The translations under genes and the position numbers were made by a program. A DNA stretch of 63,033 bases, counting the filler, from Octopus bimaculoides (lineage: Eukaryota): assembly GCF_001194135.2 (NCBI RefSeq). It is 6 parts of 6 records of this genome, joined end to end, with 100 filler letters (N's around TTAATTAATTAA, not from the genome) between each part and the next. Parts side by side here need not be neighbours in the genome. Positions count along the whole stretch, not along the records: positions 15,149 to 24,603 come from NC_068987.1; positions 24,704 to 40,492 come from NC_068981.1; 4 more parts are not named here. One strand, 5' to 3'. The notes under the pieces were generated by a model. It did no database searches, was not told the DNA's origin, and worked only from the letters and a program-made list of their open reading frames with translations. Below are positions 23,050 through 36,731 of this stretch, in pieces (positions within the stretch are counted from its first letter, which is position 1; every line of letters starts with the position of its first letter).

Positions 23050-24164
23050 TATCTCCCCCTCTGTGTACACACACACACACACATGTATATATGTATGTAT
23101 GTACGTACGTATGTATGAACGTATGTAAAGTATTATTTATAAATCGATTTGATTGTGAAATTCGCCACATTCACCGAGTCTCACAAAGCTAACAATAACA
23201 CCAGCAAATAGTATAAGTAAAAAAAAAAGAAAAAAAAAAGGAGGGAAATAAATATCAAAATATCAGAAAACGAAAAGAAAATATCTGTAAATAACGAGAA
23301 CAAGTCCAATATGGGATTTGAAAATAACGAAGGCAGCGTTTCCATGACAACGTTATGCGTGGTAAGAATATCTGCAGCTGGAAGGCCAACACCTTGCTGT
23401 ATGTAGCTGAGGTTGTCGCTATTGTTGATGCTTTCATTATAGTAGTCTTACTACTCTCTACCTTCGATGTCGCCATGGAAATTGATACACTACGTGGCAC
23501 AGAATAATTCTTTCTGTTTTTTTTTGTTTTGTTTTTTTAGCTATCAATAGTACCATTATAATAACTCAATCGTAAATTACACACTGCTTTTTTTCTTCTT
23601 TCCCTGTTGATGAATAGTCCAGCTAATTTAATCTTCAATTACCGGTTAAACGTACTTGTCGTAAAATAGCAGGCAAGACACAAGGACACTTTCATTGATT
23701 AAGACATTGCTCTGGTTGAAATGTTTTTTAGAAATGGCAAACCTATAACTGTATACCTAGGATTCTTAGGAGAGGTTTAAGCTTGGAATAAATTATGTCT
23801 GATTGGAGAATACTATGATAGAAACTACCTGAATGCAAAAACAAACATGGTAACAATCCTACTGCATCAATATGCATCAGTTTTCGTACTAATTATCCTT
23901 CCTAAGTGACAATCATATTCAATGTTTGATACAGAATTTAGCTTATTTGCTTGCTTGTTTTTACGTCTACTTTGTAAGATGGCAATACGAGATAAAGAAA
24001 AAGCTATTCAACTTACTTCGGCAACTGCTATCATCCTTGTTTCGATGCAAAATCACTTCGTGTGGATTTGAAGGTGGTACATTCACTGGGAAAATAAAAG
24101 ATACAAATTAAAAACAGAAAACCCTTTAAAAATAATAATAATAAATCAGAAGCAAGAAATGACG

Positions 24165-24603
24165 TGTCATATTGGTTTCAAATTTTAGCACAAAGCCAGC
24201 AATTGTGGGGGAGGATGAGCACCCCAGAATTCAACTGGTACTTATTTTATAGACCCTGAAAGGATGAAAAGCAGTCGACCTCGGCGAAATTTGAACTCAA
24301 AACGTGAAGCCGGAAGAAATGCGGCTAAGGACTTTCTCCGGTGCTGTAAGGATTCTCTTTTTTTTTCTACTCTAGGTACAAGGCCTGAAATTTTAGGGGA
24401 GGAGGCCAGTCGATTTGATCGACCCAGTACACAACTGATGCTTAATTTATCGACCCCGAACGGATGAAAGGCAAAGTCGACCTCGGCGGAATTTGAACTC
24501 AGAACGTAAAGACAGACGAAATACCTATTTCGTTATTGTCCACAAGGGGCTAAACATAGAGGGAACAAACAAGAACAGACGAACGGATTAAGTCGATTAC
24601 ATC
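24165..24603 (-). mobile_element. Cluster of SINE family B fragments
   Basis: The block atcgaccccgaa.ggatgaaaggcaaagtcgacctcggcggaatttgaactc occurs repeatedly. Confidence 0.8.
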
Positions 24604-24703
24604 NNNNNNNNNNNNNNNNNNNNNNNNNNNNNNNNNNNNNNNNNNNNTTAATTAATTAANNNNNNNNNNNNNNNNNNNNNNNNNNNNNNNNNNNNNNNNN
24701 NNN

Positions 24704-24737
<34 letters not shown>

Positions 24738-25021
24738 TGTGTGGGTGTATGTGTTTATGAATAAATATATATGCGTACATATAGATGTACATATGAATAA
24801 ATATGTGTGAGTGTGTGTGTGTAAATGTGGTACGTGAGTGTTGTGGGTGTACGTGGTCGTGTGCGCGCGCGTGCGTGTTCATTATGTTGGTGAAAATGAA
24901 CTGAAGAAATTATTACTCAATTGTCACAGAGTATAATTATTGTTTTTTTTTTAATTAATTATCAAATTAATTTGACTCAATCCATGTAACTCACGTTACT
25001 TTTACTTATTTCATTTATTAG

Positions 25022-25404
25022 AATGTGGCCATGCTGGGGCACTGCCTTGAAGAATTGTTAGTCGAACGAATCGACTGCAGCACTTATTTTTTTAAACCCT
25101 AACCCTAACCCTGTTATTTATTGCATCGGTCTCTTTTGCCGAACCACCAAGTTACGGACGTAAACACACCAACACCAGTTGTCCAGCAGTGATGGGAGAC
25201 AAACACAGGCACAAAGACACGCGTATAGATAAGTATATATGCGATGGGATTCTTTTCAGTTTCCGTCTAACAAATCCACTCAGTGTTTTAGTCGACCCAA
25301 GCCTATAGTAGAAGACGCTTGCTCAAGGTGCCACGCAGTGGGACTGAACCCAGAAACACGTAGTTGGAAAGTAAACTTCTTACCACACAGACACGCCTGC
25401 GCCT
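25022..25404 (-). mobile_element. SINE family A, full-length diverged copy containing an (AACCCT)3 patch
   Basis: Collinear with 27255-27748 and 57005-57385. Confidence 0.85.
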
Positions 25405-25532
25405 CAACCCATCCATATTTAAATGCTGTTGTGAAAATTACTTGATACAATAAGAATAATGAGAAAAAGATTTTTTGGGGACATTATTAATTATTTTTTT
25501 AAATGTTTATTTCACAAAATGTCACTGACTTG

Positions 25533-25740
25533 TTTCAGTCATTTGACTGCGGCCATGCAAATCGATCCCAAGACATATTCTTTGTAAGCCTAGTAGTTTT
25601 CTATCGGCCTCTTTTGCCGAACCGCTAAGTCACAGGGACTTAACCACACCAATATCGGTTGTCAAGCGACGGTGGGGGGACAAACACAGACGCACATATA
25701 CAAACATACATGCATATACCTACATATATATATATATGTA
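25533..25740 (-). mobile_element. SINE family A, 3' half
   Basis: ttgtttcagtcatttgactgcggccatgc..cttttgccgaaccgctaag..ggttgtcaagcga. Confidence 0.85.
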
Positions 25741-25744
25741 GGTA

Positions 25745-27240
25745 TATTGCCTTTGTTAGAAATCTCTTGAGATTTGGTTATTGTCTTCTGTTGATGATTT
25801 GTGATCTTTTGATTATTTTTCGGAGATTTGATGATTGATGTGGATGGTATCGTTTGGCTGGATGTACGATGTTGCAGTTCCTAGGATTATGGTCGACTAC
25901 AAATGGAATATTATATTTGTATTTTCATTTTCATCCTTATCACAAGTGTTTCTCCGCAAGGTATATATATTGGGATTTTTTTTGCTTTGGTTATGACATG
26001 ATTCGTTAACCTTTGCGAGTATTTCTATTTTTGAAGAAACATATTCAGTCCTACAAGTCGTTTCTTTTGTGTCTGTAACTATTGCGCATATACGTCTTTC
26101 CATATTGAATGATATTTTCCAATTTTATGGGAAGAGTAGCAAGATCTAAAATCTAAATATTGGTGTGTGTTTGTGTCCTTGCAATAGAAATCAGTTGTAA
26201 ATGTCTAATTTTCTTTAACCATTAGAATATTCAGAAAAAGGAGTTCCTTTTCATTCGTTTCCATAGTGAATTGGATTGGTTCATGAATGCTGTCTATTAA
26301 TTTAAGGAACCTTATTTTTATTCCAAAATATAAAACTGTCATCCCAGAGTTTTTTCTAGTTCCCTATTAAATATGTTTGGAAAGGATAATTAAGTGATTC
26401 TGGACAGGGTATAGATTTTTCTTCCATGATTGGTGTCGCAAACGGTGCGACTTTCGTCCCCATTACTGTGCCTTGTATTTGTAAATAATACTGGTTGTCA
26501 AAGAAGTAGTTATTTTCCAATATTAACCGTAATCCTTCGAATATAGATTCTTTTGAGAATCTCTCCTGAATTTTTTGTGGGTATTTGTTTATCCAAATTT
26601 CTACTGCTTCTAACTCTGATCCATGGGGAATATTTGTGTAGAATCTGGTTACATCAAAACTAACTAGGATTGTCTCTTTATCTACCCTTTCTGGAATGTG
26701 GTTTAGGAAGTCCATGTCATCTCTGAAGAAACTAGGAACCAATTTGAATAAAGGTTTCAAAATTATGTGAAGCAGGTTGCTTAATCGTCGGGTGCTGCAT
26801 GTTGGTCCTACTATTATTAGCATAATTTTAAATCAGATCGTTTGGGAATCTTTACATAACTGTATGGAGGCCCTTGAATAATCTATTGATTTCTTTAGGT
26901 TTATGGCTTTTTGAAAGTCCACAAAAGTTACTTGTTTTTACCTCAAAATCTAACACCTTTTTGTTAAATCATTTTTTAATTTGTTCATTAATTTACCAAT
27001 TCCAGTTTTACTTATTATTCATTTATCTATACGGGTTTCTAATTTTTCTGTAGAAATGTTAGTCATTTAGTTGTTCTAAGACCATTTCCTTGTTGTGGGT
27101 TTTGTCCATTATGACAATGGCTCCTCCTATGTCGGCGTTTCTAAATGGCTACAGAGGATTCTTTCTGTAGATATTCCAATGCTTTTTGTTCTTCATTTCT
27201 AATGTTTGATTCTATGTGTTTTTTTTTAATTTATCTTTTA
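25745..27240 (-). mobile_element. Penelope-like element reverse transcriptase fragment
   Basis: EEQKALEYLQ..NAD.GGAIVIMDK, IIVGPTCSTRRLSNLLHIILKPL..DDMDFLNHIP..ILVSFDVTRFYTNIPH..LILENNYFFDNQYYLQIQGTVMGTKVAP and RRICAIVTD (thumb). Frameshifted. Confidence 0.9.
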
Positions 27241-27254
27241 TCCTTTATTCGTTT

Positions 27255-27748
<494 letters not shown>

Positions 27749-29185
27749 TACGTTTTAGATACATTACATATTCCTCTAAGTGTTTTTATCCTGTTTATAA
27801 GAGGTTTAAGTCCTGTTTTGCTTATCGCAAATGGTGAATCTTCGTCGTATATGTTTTAGAAGAATTCTCGTTGACGAAGCTTTCTCCGAAATTTCTCAGC
27901 ATGTCATGTAAGATCCGTTAGTTGAAGTGAATTGAGTCCACATTCCAGAAGTTTTCCACGAGGTTTCGTTCAATATTTTCTTGACGCTTTGAATCATTAG
28001 TGTTTTCTTTCGTTTTTGTTAGGAACTCTTGTTCCCTTAAAAAGTGAGTCATTCGTACCTTGTCTCTCAGTTATAGTATATGTACACACACAACATACAC
28101 GCACGCACACACACACTGGCACACATGCACCCCCCACATATATATGTATACAATTTTATTGTTTTATTTTTCATGAGCAATTTATTTGGTTGATATATTT
28201 TATCGTGTTAAATATGTTTCCTGCTTCATAGATATTGATCTAAGCTTGTCCTTTTCCTAGTACATTGCTTACGAGACCTACTCTTGCACTAGTCTTTTGA
28301 TAAGCTTGTTTTCGATATGATATCATGTTCTTAATGTGTTGTTGATTAAGAAAGAAAGTACCTGGTAGTCTGTGTGTGCTTATTGTCTGAATGTTCTTCT
28401 TAGAATAAGTTCTTTGTAGCTATAAATTATCACTGTTTACTTTTATGTTGTTACTTTTAGTGATACGCAGATGGATTCCCAGGCAGCGTTTATATTTTTA
28501 ACGTTGTCGACACTGTTGAACTGAATGATACTGCCTAGGTGTCGAAACCACAGTGATATCGGTTTGGGCAGCTGATGATGGGAATACCCTTATGCTATGC
28601 TCGATTGTGAATTTCTTATATCTTAGTCTTGTTATTTTGAGTTGTCTTTCATTTTGGTAAAGTGGAAATTTTAATTCATCTTCTACAAACTTCCACACAC
28701 CTACGTACATAGCTTGCACCCCCAAAAACACACTACATACACACCTAGCGCGCACGCACACATATATACATATATGAAAACTCTTCACACACACGCATGC
28801 ACACACACACACACATATATATATACATATATATATACATACATACATACATACACACACATACATATATACATGTATATATTATTTTATCTGCTTCGAG
28901 ATCCATCGTTCCAAAAATTAGAATTATTTCACGCTCTCTCGACCATTACGCCGACAACATCCAATTCACACTGATAAGAATAAAGTTTGAAGACAGAAAC
29001 TCAGATGATCGTTTTGATCCAAAGGTGGAATGCCAGTCATGTTTCCACAAGATGTCTCAAGGGCAGCCTTCAACTATTTCTATCCAAAAGTTTGTTTAAA
29101 CCCAATGTTTACACACCGTAATTTATAGCTTTCCATGCTTCAAGCTGAACACTTATATGTCGTCCTCGACGGAAGAGTCCATCAT

Positions 29186-29258
<73 letters not shown>

Positions 29259-29899
29259 ACTTACTTGGAAAAGGATGCGTGGCGTTCGATCATATAATAA
29301 TATAAATAATATANNNNNNNNNNNNNNNNNNNNNNNNNNNNNNNNNNNNNNNNNNNNNNNNNNNNNNNNNNNNNNNNNNNNNNNNNNNNNNNNNNNNNNN
29401 NNNNNNNNNNNNNNNNNNNNNNNNNNNNNNNNNNNNNNNNNNNNNNNNNNNNNNNNNNNNNNNNNNNNNNNNNNNNNNNNNNNNNNNNNNNNNNNNNNNN
29501 NNNNNNNNNNNNNNNNNNNNNNNNNNNNNNNNNNNNNNNNNNNNNNNNNNNNNNNNNNNNNNNNNNNNNNNNNNNNNNNNNNNNNNNNNNNNNNNNNNNN
29601 NNNNNNNNNNNNNNNNNNNNNNNNNNNNNNNNNNNNNNNNNNNNNNNNNNNNNNNNNNNNNNNNNNNNNNNNNNNNNNNNNNNNNNNNNNNNNNNNNNNN
29701 NNNNNNNNNNNNNNNNNNNNNNNNNNNNNNNNNNNNNNNNNNNNNNNNNNNNNNNNNNNNNNNNNNNNNNNNNNNNNNNNNNNNNNNNNNNNNNNNNNNN
29801 NNNNNNNNNNNNNNNNNNNNNNNNNNNNNNNNNNNNNNNNNNNNNNNNNNNNNNNNNNNNNNNNNNNNNNNNNNNNNNNNNNNNNNNNNNNNNNNNNNN

Positions 29900-29987
<88 letters not shown>

Positions 29988-31354
29988 CTGACAAGCAGTA
30001 TATTATTGGTTATGGCATACACCTGGTTAGAAGGTTACTAACGGTTCGCAAATGGCTGCTTATTTATATACATAGTATTCATTCATGTATGTTTTTGTGC
30101 GTAGGTTTTACTATCATTGGTATAACGATAGGAAGCCTTACAGGATATGTATATTTATTTATATATACACTCATACACACATACATATACACACATATAG
30201 GTATATATCTACATATTTAAATCTGTGCGGTTATGTATCTCTTTGGATCACCTACTATCAGCAACCATCACTAATTTTCTTTTTCATTTTTATCAGGCGG
30301 AAGAGTTTTTTCTAAGAAGCAGAAGTAATCAAATTGCGTCATTATTAGGTTAACCTGTCTAATAAACAAATTTAAAGAGCCTGTGACGCCATTTTGTGGC
30401 AAACACACCATAAAACTCTGTCTTTCTACAATAAACATTTCTAACATGATATTCACAACCCATTCCATAAACACAAACATTTATGCAATAAAACTTGAGT
30501 GAGAAACTGATATAGTAAGTCACCGGTCGACAATGGTACGTAAAGTATATATAAAAGGACTTTGGAAACTGAGATTTCTGTTCCTTTATCGCTTGTCTAG
30601 TACTTATAAACTTGAATCGAGTTGTGTTAAGCCTCCTTTTAGAATCTGAAACCATGAACTGGAGTTGCCAGTTAATTTTAAATATAATTTAATCATCAAT
30701 TAATCCTGATGCCAAATATTATTTGCCAGTTGATTCTAAGTCGAATGTGATATAAATGAAATCATTCTAAGAGGTGATAGGTTAAACCTTCGTCGTTTTC
30801 CCTAATTTATTTTCTACACTTATGCCCATTTGCGGTTTCCTCGTTCATTAATTATACTGGCGTGAAATCAGTGCGTGTAACCCTCGCCAAATCCCAGCCG
30901 CCATGTTGTGCGGCATATATATGAAAATACATGAATGCAATAATTGCTCTAGATTTTGAACGCTTTAAATTTTTCTGTAATCATTTGCTATAATTAATAT
31001 TTCAATGAAGATGATGAATGACAGACGGGAAGAACTAGTAGAATGCCTTGAAATATTTAAATATGTTTTCCGACTTTCTGAGTTCAAAGCCACCTTTGCA
31101 TTTCATATCGGGCTCTGAAAAATAAACCACACATTATACTGTGACATACAAGACGACTATCGAATCCATTGTCCTTGGCTCGCTTAAACTTGTAGAGGTC
31201 TTGTCTCAAAGTAAGAAACAATGCTAAGTGGTATTTCGATGGTCATGAAATACACTTCTATTTCTCACTCAAAACTTAGTACGTACTGTAGGGTCCCACC
31301 GAATATAAAATTTAAAAAAAGACAATAACAAAATAGTATTGTAACCTTTTATTT

Positions 31355-32010
31355 AGACGGCGAGCTGGCAGAATCGTTAGCACGCCGGGCGAAATGCTTA
31401 GCAGTATTTCGGCTGCCGCTACGTTCTGAATTCAGATTCCGCCGAGGTCGACTTTGCCTTTCATCCTTTCGGGGCCGATTAAATAAGTACCAGTTACGCA
31501 CTGGGGTCGATGTAATCGACTTAATCCCCTTCCNNNNNNNNNNNNNNNNNNNNNNNNNNNNNNNNNNNNNNNNNNNNNNNNNNNNNNNNNNNNNNNNNNN
31601 NNNNNNNNNNNNNNNNNNNNNNNNNNNNNNNNNNNNNNNNNNNNNNNNNNNNNNNNNNNNNNNNNNNNNNNNNNNNNNNNNNNNNNNNNNNNNNNNNNNN
31701 NCCGAGGTCGACTTTGCCTTTCATCCTTTCGGGGCCGATTAAATAAGTACCAGTTACGCACTGGGGTCGATGTAATCGACTTAATCCCTTTGTCTGTCCT
31801 TGTTTGTCCCCTCTATGTTTAGCCCCTTGTGGGCAATAAAGAAATAAGTATTTCGTCTGCCGCTACGTTCTGAATTCAGATTCCGCCGAGGTCGACTTTG
31901 CCTTTCATCCTTTCGGGGCCGATTAAATAAGTACCAGTTACGCACTGGGGTCGATGTAATCGACTTAATCCCCTTCCCCCAGGTTGCCCTTGTGGCAAAG
32001 ATTTGAAATC
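31355..32010 (+). mobile_element. Tandem or partly duplicated SINE family B copies around a gap
   Basis: Three near-identical runs of ccgaggtcgactttgcctttcatcctttcggggccgattaaataagtaccagttacgcactggggtcgatgtaatcgacttaatccc. Confidence 0.85.
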
Positions 32011-32759
32011 ATTATTATAACCTGTCACTCGTGAGGAATGCATTAATGATTAATGTGGGGAAAATGTGTATTCAAGACGATATCTATCAGAAATACATAA
32101 ACGTTGAAAGCTGAGAGACAAATAAGAAATACCTACGTCTTTTTTTTTGTTGTTGTTTTCGATTTTTTTCGATTGTTTTTTATTTAAATTGGTGTGTAGA
32201 GGTTAAAACGTCAGCAATATTATTTCACCACACCTCTTTTAATTCTATTCTAGCTCTTTCTCTTCACCCCACATCCTCTCCTCCACACACACCGCTATTA
32301 TTTTCCTCTCAGCATTGTTCTCTCTCCATCTACCTTTCTAGATGCTACACTTCCATTAATTACACCAGTAACGTTGCTCTACCCTTGACACGAACAGCAA
32401 CAACAACCCCTGGTGCAAATTTTAACAATTTTTTTAATATTTTTAAGCAGCTGTTCATTTTTCTTCTTTTCTTCTGTCATAGCCGGTATTCAAAAAGGAT
32501 GAAAATAAAATTCTAGCACTTACCTGTTGGAATTTACCTATCCTGTGTTTAATTTATTGTTTCTATTCTTCTTCTTCTTTGCACTGCCAAACCAAGCTGA
32601 GTATCGCTGTCTTCAGAAGTACGATGGAAGAAAATTTAAATTGCATTATTGGGAATATTCCGGCTCCGATTACCTCACGAAATACATTAACTCACATTCA
32701 GAATATATACATTCAGAATATATAGACAGGAAAATCATATGATTTATAACTTACATTTC

Positions 32760-32807
<48 letters not shown>

Positions 32808-32995
32808 NNNNNNNNNNNNNNNNNNNNNNNNNNNNNNNNNNNNNNNNNNNNNNNNNNNNNNNNNNNNNNNNNNNNNNNNNNNNNNNNNNNNNNNNNNNNN
32901 NNNNNNNNNNNNNNNNNNNNNNNNNNNNNNNNNNNNNNNNNNNNNNNNNNNNNNNNNNNNNNNNNNNNNNNNNNNNNNNNNNNNNNNNNNNNNNN

Positions 32996-33026
<31 letters not shown>

Positions 33027-33227
33027 CACGTATATACATATATATGTATGATGTGTATGAATGCACGTATGTATGGATATACACAAATATTTATATGTAT
33101 ACATACTTACATACTTACATATATACATGCATACATACATACATATATATATGTATACATATATATATGCATATATGTATACATATATGTATACATATAT
33201 ATACATATATATGTATACATATATGTA

Positions 33228-33295
<68 letters not shown>

Positions 33296-33734
33296 CATAC
33301 ATATATACATACATACATACATACATACATGCATGCATACATACATAAATACATACATACGTATATAAAGTATGGGAGACTTATCTTGCACCTGCAACAG
33401 TATGCTTGATACCCCATTGTATCTGCGTGTGTGGGGGTGTTTGGGTGTCTGGGAGGGAGTTTATGTGTTGGAAATCTGAATTCAACTTGCATTCATCATA
33501 TTTCTTGAAGGGCTTTGCAAAAAGATATTCGTGCAGGAAGTTTTTACGAAATTCCTTTGTAGGAGAACAAATCTGTAAACTCTTCAGTTGTCTGAATATC
33601 CTTGAATTTACGGATTTGTTCTCATACGAAGGAATGGAGATATTCTTTGCTCTCTTCTCAGTTTTAAGAGTGTAGATGGGCGAGGGTAAGACCACGTGAT
33701 TTAAGAAGTTAGGCGTATGTTGGTACCAAGTGAA

Positions 33735-33822
33735 GGAGGAGGAGGAGGAGGAGGAGGAGGAGGAGAAGAAGAAGAAGAAGAAGAAGAAGAAGAAGAAGAA
33801 GAAGAAGAAGAAGAAGAAGAAG
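33735..33822. repeat. (GAG)n(AAG)n trinucleotide tract
   Basis: Directly visible. Confidence 0.95.
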
Positions 33823-34003
33823 AGACAGCATGGTACCGTAGGCTGTAGGTAGTAAGCCCGCTACGCATGCATGACTCCAGGAGTTACAACAAAACCTGTG
33901 ATAAAAAGAAAAATAATAATTATAATACAGTGAATGGTTTCAAATTTTGGTACAAGGCCAACTATTTCGGGGAGGGGTGCACACACACACACACACGCAT
34001 GCC

Positions 34004-34082
<79 letters not shown>

Positions 34083-34375
34083 ATAAGGACCATGTAGATT
34101 GTGGTCAAAAGCTCGTCAGTTTCCAGCATACAAATAGCTAGTTTAGAACATTCGAAGGAAAAACAATCGATCAATAAAATTTATCAATCAATATATAAGA
34201 TTCATTTCGTCCCATTACAAAATATTGGAATCATTTTGAGAAGAGGAGAAGTGCTATGCAACTCCATATTTAATTGCATTTTACGCGGAAGAAAATAATC
34301 GATGGATATTATTCCTTCGAGTGTTCTAGCCTAGCCAGTCGTATGCTGGATGCTAATGAGAAATTGATCTAAATA

Positions 34376-34852
34376 CAGGTCGTCGTCGTCTTACGACCTA
34401 TCGACTTTATGACGATTGACGCGCCCGCTCCCGGTAGCAATAATATATAGGCCAGTTGAAATCTAATGGCTCTAATTTCTTAACCCGTCTATGGATGACG
34501 TCAACTAACAAACGCTTACCCTAGATTTGGTTTTTCGATCGCCACTGTGGTTATCCCAAGTGTTGGATGAATATCCTGTCTTGGAGACATCGAGGCAACC
34601 TTGTATTTGTTTATTAGATGATTGCTTACGACTCCGAAATTTTAACTAACGCCAGTATAATAGTATAATACAGAATGCTGTGTGTGACTTTTACCCGATA
34701 ATGTACCTTAAGAATGTAAGAATATAAAACAAAGCTATGTAGACCTATAGGCCGACTTACGACTAAATCGACTTACGACTAAATCGACTTAGGACCAAAT
34801 CGACTTACGATCAGTCAGTCGGAACCAATCGTCGTAAATCGACGACGACCTG
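34376..34852. mobile_element. pogo/Tigger-type MITE
   Basis: TA flanks (34374-75, 34853-54). TIRs caggtcgtcgtcgtcttacgac / gtcgtaaatcgacgacgacctg. Subterminal 16-bp repeats cgacttacgactaaat. Confidence 0.85.
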
Positions 34853-36221
34853 TAATTTCTATTAGCTGACATTCTGTTCCTGTAATCTAAAGACGCTAAC
34901 GGTACATATAGCTTACGGATTGGAACAGGCGAAAATCAATTTGACACTGAAGGAAGGAGAAATGAATATCTGAGTTTGCTCATCCAGCATACTAATGAGT
35001 TAATCTGAAGAATGTGGAGCGGAGAGTATTTTTTGTGACAAAGAACAGACTACCGTTACCAAGGATGAAGTCCTACCCCAATTTTGCACGTGAGTCTAAG
35101 TCACGGAAAAATCCATCCCACTATCCTAATTTGGAAGCGTTTATAATTTTCAATCACTCCTGTTTGTTTTGTAACTAAATCATTTTTTTCCCCCTCATTA
35201 CTGTTGAAATATAAGCAAAACTGATTCCGATACCTGACAGTTCACTTGTTTGGCTTAATATGGATTAACAATACAACACACACACGCGCGCGTACATATA
35301 TATTCTCTCTCTGACTTTTTATTCTCTCTGTTTATTTTCTCTTTGCCCTTTCTGCCGAAGAGCGTAATATATATANNNNNNNNNNNNNNNNNNNNNNNNN
35401 NNNNNNNNNNNNNNNNNNNNNNNNNNNNNNNNNNNNNNNNNNNNNNNNNNNNNNNNNNNNNNNNNNNNNNNNNNNNNNNNNNNNNNNNNNNNNNNNNNNN
35501 NNNNNNNNNNNNNNNNNNNNNNNNNNNNNNNNNNNNNNNNNNNNNNNNNNNNNNNNNNNNNNNNNNNNNNNNNNNNNNNNNNNNNNNNNNNNNNNNNNNN
35601 NNNNNNNNNNNNNNNNNNNNNNNNNNNNTATATATATATATATATGCGCACAAATTTCTTCTACATGTGACTGCAATTTGTATCAGTTTCACTAGATAAT
35701 GACAGGTTTATATAATGCGCAAATCTGTTTGATGATTAAGAGCTTCACTTCTATTTAAACCATATTTGGCCAGTTTATTACTAGCTAGTGATTAAATGGT
35801 TCTCTTCGCTTCACCACAAAGGTGTACTCTCTGGCTTCCGTATTTTCTTAGATATTCAGATTGCCAAACGTTGCAAAATATAAGAGCAAGAAACATCTGG
35901 TAGTTTAGAATTGTCTCAATTCTCCTTCTGATAACTACATTTAATAGATACATCATCCCGTCTCTGCAACTTCATAAGCAAGAGCAAATGAGATTGAGTG
36001 ATGTTTATGCTGTTCTGTTATTTGATAGGCTTGAAGTGATGATGTAAGGAGTATGTTCTGTAAAACTGGTTTATTACGATGAGAGTAACATGACTGTGGT
36101 GGATTGTGGGAAATAGAGCGGGGTGGGGTGAATATAACAGGAAGAATTAATTAGTTGGTTGCTTGGAAGGAAGACTGGATTAAACAGTCAACCATAACGT
36201 CGGTTACTGGTGTGGTGATTG

Positions 36222-36390
36222 CTGTTGTTTAACCCCAGGTCATGCCTGATCGAGTATATCTATGATCAAAGATATTCCAGACGAGCAACCGTGTTTTTAG
36301 AAGTGTGACTACAGCTAGATTACCACTGAGTCCCTTCCTTTCGTAAGACAGCTTGTGTTTAGAAGATTTAGCTGCTATTTCAGGTAAAGA
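36222..36390 (+). repeat. Member of a dispersed repeat family (ttgtttaaccccaggtca..ctgat..tgatcaaagatattccag)
   Basis: Related pieces at ~37445-37510 and ~47470-47510 (+), ~56530-56620 (-) and possibly 42950-43110. Confidence 0.55.
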
Positions 36391-36468
36391 GATTCCCATA
36401 CATACTATTGTGATGAAGATTGAGAGTATGTAGCTAAGCAGACACTAGGACATACATGTGGGTTTGTG

Positions 36469-36541
<73 letters not shown>

Positions 36542-36692
36542 TTAAAGGCTTTACAGCGTTTCTTCTTACCCTAAACCCGTTGACCTATGACCTCTCCCGG
36601 GTTACCCCATAAACTGGCCATATCAATCTTTATATACTCTACCGCTCTATATCTTAGAGTGTACTTTTTTTCGGATTTATTATTTACTAACG

Positions 36693-36731
<39 letters not shown>

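Noticed and set aside
23255-23500. Possible small membrane-protein ORF (plus strand MRGKNICSWKANTLLYVAEVVAIVDAFIIVVLLLSTF...) and an 81-aa minus ORF
   Set aside because: Short, with no recognisable family or consistent splice pattern. Hydrophobic stretches arise readily in T-rich DNA.
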